A stretch of DNA of 27,829 nucleotides from an uncultured bacterium. Lineage in GTDB: Bacteria; Schekmanbacteria; GWA2-38-11; J061. The notes beneath the pieces were generated by a model. The model was not told where the DNA came from. It did not search any database and was given only the letters and a program-made list of their open reading frames with translations. The DNA is taken from positions 1-27,829 of the forward strand of contig CAZJVM010000002.1 of the NCBI GenBank assembly GCA_964549305.1. Direction: 5' to 3'. Of this stretch, positions 27,378 through 27,829 are shown piece by piece; the stretch's first letter is position 1, and each line of letters opens with the position of its first letter. The position numbers were made by a program, and so were the translations under genes.

Positions 27378-27829
27378 ATGAAATTGCCAACACCCACGCC
27401 GACACCGGTAGAAGAAAAATGGCAAAAGATATGCCAGGCACTGTCAGCAGAAAGAATAAATCTTTATTTCGATTTAAAAAAGGTTCTCGGAAATGAAAAA
27501 GGCGAAGAGGTTTTTAAAAGACTTTATGATGCAGGGATAGAGAGGATAAGAAAAAATTTCCCCGGAGGAAAACTTCCCGTGGGTGAATTGATGAGACGCG
27601 AGCTTACAAGTTTTCCCATGCTCGGATTTGAACTTACAATTGACGAGGTTGAAGAAGACGGTGAAATGGCATATTATGAGCATTTGACGAAATGCCCTTT
27701 CATCGATATGGCGCGAATGATGAAAACTCCCGAAATCCCCTGTGATTTTTTATGCAATTATGATGTTGAACTTGCAGTAAAGGATAAACGGGGAAGATGG
27801 GAAATTATTTCGAGAATGGGTGACGGTGC
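27378..27829 (+). CDS. Cys-motif protein of the ATC-hydrolase / V4R-like type, 3'-truncated by the window end
   Basis: AAAGGAGG RBS then ATG27378; open to the window end. Manual translation: MKLPTPTPTPVEEKWQKICQALSAERINLY...YYEHLTKCPFIDMARMMKTPEIPCDFLCNYDVELAVKDKRGRWEIISRMGDG. Absent from the ORF track, presumably because it has no stop codon in the window. Confidence 0.7.
   Translation, partial: MKLPTPTPTPVEEKWQKICQALSAERINLYFDLKKVLGNEKGEEVFKRLYDAGIERIRKNFPGGKLPVGELMRRELTSFPMLGFELTIDEVEEDGEMAYYEHLTKCPFIDMARMMKTPEIPCDFLCNYDVELAVKDKRGRWEIISRMGDG

Noticed and set aside
27474..27683. 69-aa minus-strand ORF near the window end
   Set aside because: It lies antisense to the better-supported plus-strand ORF starting at 27378.
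1..27829. CRISPR arrays, tRNA/rRNA genes, IS elements, integrases, prophage or defence genes
   Set aside because: No regularly spaced DNA repeats, cloverleaf motifs or mobility/defence protein motifs were seen. Intergenic gaps are short and largely explained by promoters and terminators.

Overview
This is an AT-rich bacterial chromosomal window with a Gram-negative, deltaproteobacteria-like gene repertoire; the taxon cannot be fixed from the sequence alone. Positions 1-18,000 are housekeeping. They contain miaB, then a fumarylacetoacetate-hydrolase-family gene and ftsK on the minus strand, then a plus-strand run ftsH-folP-cdaA-cdaR-pdxJ-asd-(pgsA-like) with no glmM, then a minus-strand run tyrA-aroA-cmk-rpsA-ihfB-der. 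Positions 18,300-27,829 are more accessory. They hold a heterodimeric ABC exporter, a membrane-anchored and highly divergent ferrochelatase-fold protein, and a short hybrid-cluster protein (hcp) with a CRP/FNR(HcpR)-type palindrome upstream. After these come a c-di-GMP-I riboswitch with a terminator/antiterminator platform (predicted OFF switch) in front of a secreted Ig-like + 3x DUF5666-like protein, and a Cys-motif ORF cut off by the window end that the ORF track missed. I saw no tRNA/rRNA, CRISPR array, transposase, integrase or phage gene. The best candidates for something undescribed are the divergent chelatase-fold protein and the riboswitch-controlled, charge-polarised surface protein. 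All family assignments come from motif recognition by eye, not from database searches.
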